A stretch of DNA of 64,000 bases. Source: Nitrosopumilaceae archaeon (GTDB lineage Archaea > Thermoproteota > Nitrososphaeria > Nitrososphaerales > Nitrosopumilaceae). The notes below the pieces were generated by a model. That model worked only from the letters and a program-made list of their open reading frames with translations. It ran no database searches and was not told where the DNA came from. This document shows positions 60,031 to 64,000 of the stretch, piece by piece (the stretch's first letter is position 1; each line of letters begins with the position of its first letter). The stretch spans positions 34,732-98,731 of the forward strand of contig JAJEHG010000012.1 in assembly GCA_022823825.1 (NCBI GenBank). Reading direction: 5' to 3'. Made by a program: the position numbers and the translations under genes.

Positions 60031-61293
60031 TTACTGTATTTTGAAATCTCGCGGAGCAAGACCTACTTTTTCAATTAACCATATTGTATTTTTTATAACG
60101 CTGGGCCGATTAAAGTTCACATTAATATAAAACGTATTGTGGCATTCCCTGTAGCGTACTTTGCCTTTTTCATAAGGTCGTTTTTCTGTAGTGACCAGCG
60201 GATTTTTCCAACCCGATGGCATTGGACAATCTGTTGTCTTTATGTAACCGTTATCTATCAAATAGTTAGCTATTTCAAACAAAATGCTTGCATAAGAATG
60301 ACACTCCTTTGGTGGATCATTCCGACAGATTATTTTTATAGGTAATTTTTCGTTGAGGCCGAATTCCGATATTGACACTTCTCTGCCATACTGTTCTAGT
60401 GGTTTAGATCGAGATTTTGCAACGTTAATTTTTGCGCTATTCGTTTTAATTTTAAAATCTTTCATGTCTAATTCTGCGTAATGTATTAGCTTTTTTGTGC
60501 TTGTTACAATTCCGATAGGGTTTAAGTTTGTATTAAGAAACCATCCTTTTCTGATTTCTTTATAATTTCTCATTTTAATTCCTGTTTGATTATATTCACT
60601 TGTGTTTAAAATAGCAGTTTTTGGACCCGCATATATTGGGCAATCAGACTTAGCTATGTAATCTTTATCAATTAAATACTTAGCTACGTTTACAAGTATG
60701 TCGATCCAATGTCCGCATTTTATTGGTTGGTTACTCTCGCATCTCAAACTTACTGCTGGTTTCCCACTGGGTCGAAATTTTGCTATTGACACGTCATTGT
60801 CTGGTTCCTCAAATGTTGATGATTCTTGCTCCGGTATTTTTCTTATTATGACATCTCGTTCTAGAGCAGCTAACCCCTCATAGATTTTCGTTGATGAACT
60901 TCTTGTTACTTCTATGTTGAAATCTACATCTTCTCCGTCTTGACTTATGGTCCACTTTGTCCATTCGTTTCCATCTGTAAGCACACCATGTTTCATACTG
61001 TTATCTCGCAGATACTTTATCAACTGACGCTTATCCTTGTCTTTAATCCCTCCCAACTTTTTCGCTTCTATCAGTAAGCGCTTTCTCAAATTATAGTCCC
61101 ATCGTCCATCCTTGCCCTCCTCGTATTCCACCTCGTCTGGATTGTCTAAACACCACCCAAGCTCTCTAAGAACGGGATCGATCAATACATACCTCGTTGT
61201 CGTCTCGTTGCCAATTTTGCTTCCGTGCTTGTCAATCTTTTTCTTTAGCTTGCTGACACTCTTAAAAGCCCATTTTGGCATAACATTCTGCAA
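60031..61293 (-). CDS. HsdR-N-like PD-(D/E)XK nuclease with two tandem ~115-aa C-terminal domains; low-GC island
   Basis: NETTTRYVLIDPVLRELGW...EV.YE...DY....IEAKK...QL..Y...GVLTDG.EW; repeats start VSIAKF and VSISEF and end DFKIK and DFKIQ. Confidence 0.85.
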   Translation of the reverse strand: MQNVMPKWAFKSVSKLKKKIDKHGSKIGNETTTRYVLIDPVLRELGWCLDNPDEVEYEEGKDGRWDYNLRKRLLIEAKKLGGIKDKDKRQLIKYLRDNSMKHGVLTDGNEWTKWTISQDGEDVDFNIEVTRSSSTKIYEGLAALERDVIIRKIPEQESSTFEEPDNDVSIAKFRPSGKPAVSLRCESNQPIKCGHWIDILVNVAKYLIDKDYIAKSDCPIYAGPKTAILNTSEYNQTGIKMRNYKEIRKGWFLNTNLNPIGIVTSTKKLIHYAELDMKDFKIKTNSAKINVAKSRSKPLEQYGREVSISEFGLNEKLPIKIICRNDPPKECHSYASILFEIANYLIDNGYIKTTDCPMPSGWKNPLVTTEKRPYEKGKVRYRECHNTFYINVNFNRPSVIKNTIWLIEKVGLAPRDFKIQ

Positions 61294-61491
61294 TATACGT
61301 TAGTTATAAGCATGTATTATTTTGAGTGATGTAACAATCTGTCCGTCAACTTTGACAGTGTAAATTATCACTTTGTACGGGACGCTTTTCGTACTCTAGT
61401 AATGCTGTGGCGCCAAATCTCTATAGCTTGGTATCTACAGCGTCTGTAAGTTCTGCATTCTTGTCTTTCTTACACTGTGGCACATGCTTTG

Positions 61492-62964
61492 TTATGGATA
61501 TGCAATGTGTTCCGCTATTACGCCGTCGATCTCCGATATGGGAATGCGGGACTGTTCCATGCTGTCCCGCCGCCTTATCGTGACGGTCTGGTCCTGCAGG
61601 GTCTGGTGGTCCACCGTTATGGCAAACGGGGCGCCCACCTCGTCAAGGCGCCTGTACCGGCGGCCTATGGCGCCCGAGTGGTCCAGGAACGCGTCGCACT
61701 TGCGCCTTATCGTGCGGTATATCTCGTCCGTCTTTTCGCGCAGCCCGTCCTTCTTTACCAGGGAGAGCACGCCCACGTGGACCGGCGCCAGATACGGCCT
61801 GAGCGACAGTACCGTCCTGTCGTCGTGCTCCGCGTCGCGCGTGAGGGAGTGCTCCAGTATGGTGTACAGGCTGCGGTCTATGCCCATCGATATTTCAAAG
61901 ACGTGCGGCAGCACCTTCTGCTCCCCGTCCATGACCTCGAACTTTTCGCCGCTCTGCTTGGCGTGCCCGGACAGGTCGTGCCCGGACCTGTAGTTGCACG
62001 CGACCAGCTCCAGCCATCCCGTCGACACCTCCACCTCAAAGTCAAAGGCGACCTCCGCGTAGAACGCCTTCTCCTTCTGGCCCAGCTTCCGGAACCTGCT
62101 CTTTGACATGTCGATGCCGGTCTTCTCATAGAACTCGGCCAGCAGCCCCAGGTAGTACGCCACCAGCCTGCTTGGCAGCAGTCCTGCTTGTACCGCGTCA
62201 GAGCACGACACGGTCTGGATCGCCGCGTCATACCCGTCGGCAACCTGCAGGTTGAGCATGGTGTTTTCGACCTCTGCAAAGTTCGGCACATCGTCAAGCT
62301 TGCCGGGGTTGCAGAACACCTCTATCTCCGCCTGGTAGAACTCCCTTAGCCGCAAGAGCCCCTGCCTTGGCGCGATCTCGTTTCTAAAGCTCTTGCCTAT
62401 CTGCCCCACGCCGACCGGCAGCCTCCCCCTCATGGACTTGAACAGCCTTGGAAAGTCCACGAATATCGACTGGCAGGTCTCGGGGCGCAGGTACGCCGCC
62501 TTCTGCTCGGGCCCTATGCCCACCTTGAACATCATGTTGAACCGCTCCGTGCCTGAGAACTGTCCGCCGCACTTGGGGCACCTTATATCGTTCTCCGAGA
62601 TTGCGGCGTCAAACTCGGCCGGTTCAGCGGACTCCGGTATGGTCACGTTTGATATCTCCTCTATGGCCTTGTCGGCCCTGACCGTGAGGCCGCACTTTTC
62701 GCACCTGGTTATGGGATCGGCAAAGCTTGCCAGGTGGCCCGACGCCTCGAACACCGAGCCGGACATTATCTGCGAGCCGTCGATCTCCATCATGGCGTCC
62801 CGCCTGATCAGCTCGCGGCGCCACAGCTCGACGAACTTGTTCTTCAGGGAGACGCCTGACGGCCCGTACTCCCAGAACCCGGCCTGCGCGTCGCCGTACA
62901 CCTCGCAGCTTGGAAAGTAAAAGCCCCGCTCCAGTGCAAGCTTTACAACCTCGTCATAGTTCAT
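61492..62964 (-). CDS. glyS: Glycine--tRNA ligase (alpha2 type)
   Basis: YGP.G, SGH...F.DP, YLRPET.Q, FRNEI.PRQ...RLREF.QAE, GAIGRRYRR.DEVG.P. Confidence 0.96.
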   Translation of the reverse strand: MNYDEVVKLALERGFYFPSCEVYGDAQAGFWEYGPSGVSLKNKFVELWRRELIRRDAMMEIDGSQIMSGSVFEASGHLASFADPITRCEKCGLTVRADKAIEEISNVTIPESAEPAEFDAAISENDIRCPKCGGQFSGTERFNMMFKVGIGPEQKAAYLRPETCQSIFVDFPRLFKSMRGRLPVGVGQIGKSFRNEIAPRQGLLRLREFYQAEIEVFCNPGKLDDVPNFAEVENTMLNLQVADGYDAAIQTVSCSDAVQAGLLPSRLVAYYLGLLAEFYEKTGIDMSKSRFRKLGQKEKAFYAEVAFDFEVEVSTGWLELVACNYRSGHDLSGHAKQSGEKFEVMDGEQKVLPHVFEISMGIDRSLYTILEHSLTRDAEHDDRTVLSLRPYLAPVHVGVLSLVKKDGLREKTDEIYRTIRRKCDAFLDHSGAIGRRYRRLDEVGAPFAITVDHQTLQDQTVTIRRRDSMEQSRIPISEIDGVIAEHIAYP

Positions 62965-63005
62965 CGTATGTCACCCGCGTTGCTGCCATCCTGATATAAC
63001 CATCA

Positions 63006-63881
63006 CTACCGGGCCCCCCCGGCGCCCCTTGCCGCAAGAAGCTCCCTGGCCTTTGCAATGTTTCCCACGTCGTCCCTCTTCTCGTCGATCGGGGTCTCCA
63101 GGATGAGCGGTATGCCGTTTCTGTCGGCAGTCCTCGCCGCCGCGGCCATTCCCTCCTCGCCTATCTCGCCGAGTCCTATGTGGTAGTGCCTGTCGCGCTT
63201 TGATCCCAGCTCGCCCTTTGCGTCGTTGAGGTGCACTATCTTGAGCCTGTCCATTCCCACGTGCTCCTCGAACAGGCCGAACGTCTCCTTTACGCTTTTT
63301 TTGGTCCGCATGTCGTACCCGGCCGCGAACGCGTGGCACGTATCAAGGCAGACCCCGAACCTTCCGGCGGGCCTGCACCTGTCCAGTATGTCGCCAAGCT
63401 GTCCTAGGTCGGAGCCTACCGAGTTCTTCTGCCCCGCCGTGTTCTCCAGCAGTATCATCACGTCGTTCTTCGCCGCCCCGGCCGCCCCGTTGAGCCCCTT
63501 GACCAGCCTGTCCATGCCGGCCTCCTCGCCTGAGCCCAAGTGGCTTCCAAGGTGCGTCACGACATACGGGATGCCGAGCAGCCCGCACCGGCGCACCTCG
63601 TCTGTGAGCGTGGCCGCCGACTTTGAGAAGCCCGCGTCATCGGGGGAGGCCAGGTTGGGCAGGTACGGCATGTGGGCGCAGATCGCGTCCCCGTCGATCC
63701 CGCTCTCCTTGAGCTTTGTACGGAATGCGGCGGTCACCTGCCCGTCAAGCTCCTTTGCGTGCCATCCCCGTGGGTTGCGCGTGAACATCTGGAACGCGGT
63801 GCAGCCGCGCTGCACGGCGTTGTCGACTGCCATGTCGATGGAGCCAGATATCGATACGTGGCACCCGACTTTTGCCGCCAT
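63006..63881 (-). CDS. nfo: Endonuclease IV
   Basis: GCHVSISG, HMPYL.NL, H.GS, LENTAG, CLDTCH, HLND, DRH..IG.G, LETP. Confidence 0.95.
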   Translation of the reverse strand: MAAKVGCHVSISGSIDMAVDNAVQRGCTAFQMFTRNPRGWHAKELDGQVTAAFRTKLKESGIDGDAICAHMPYLPNLASPDDAGFSKSAATLTDEVRRCGLLGIPYVVTHLGSHLGSGEEAGMDRLVKGLNGAAGAAKNDVMILLENTAGQKNSVGSDLGQLGDILDRCRPAGRFGVCLDTCHAFAAGYDMRTKKSVKETFGLFEEHVGMDRLKIVHLNDAKGELGSKRDRHYHIGLGEIGEEGMAAAARTADRNGIPLILETPIDEKRDDVGNIAKARELLAARGAGGAR

Positions 63882-64000
63882 TACACGCGGCGGTCGTACG
63901 CGTGATAATTTAAACCCGCACGAAAAAATCGGCGGAATGTCTGTGGCCTATCAGGGTGTGACGCACGTGGCACGAGGCGGACGTCCTTGCTGACAGGACA

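Overview
High-GC archaeal chromosome segment. Gene content (Orc1/Cdc6, PolD DP1 and DP2, TFB, GGGP synthase, CdvB/ESCRT-III, CFI-box-CTERM protein, cbi genes) points to a Nitrosopumilaceae-type thaumarchaeote, possibly host-associated (inference). Most of the window (6.8-59.8 kb and 61.5-64 kb) is core genome, including the probable replication origin with ORB repeats at ~21.15-21.65 kb. There are two accessory regions. (i) 0.1-6.75 kb: a Type I R-M operon with a HEPN RNase gene between hsdM and hsdS and its MNT antitoxin domain fused to the N-terminus of HsdS. hsdR is cut after 46 codons by an IS5-like element (16-bp perfect TIRs, no target duplication) whose other end abuts a 5'-truncated vanadium-haloperoxidase-like gene. 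(ii) 60.0-61.5 kb: a low-GC solo gene for an HsdR-N-like nuclease with two tandem C-terminal domains, next to a degenerate tRNA 3' end. Top candidates for undescribed biology: the HEPN/MNT-HsdS 'guarded' R-M system; an oriC-linked cluster of four DNA-binding proteins (one membrane-anchored) with two non-ORB motif families; and a cryptic divergent ESCRT-III paralog between a J-domain gene and hsp20. All calls come from reading the sequence by eye; no searches were run.
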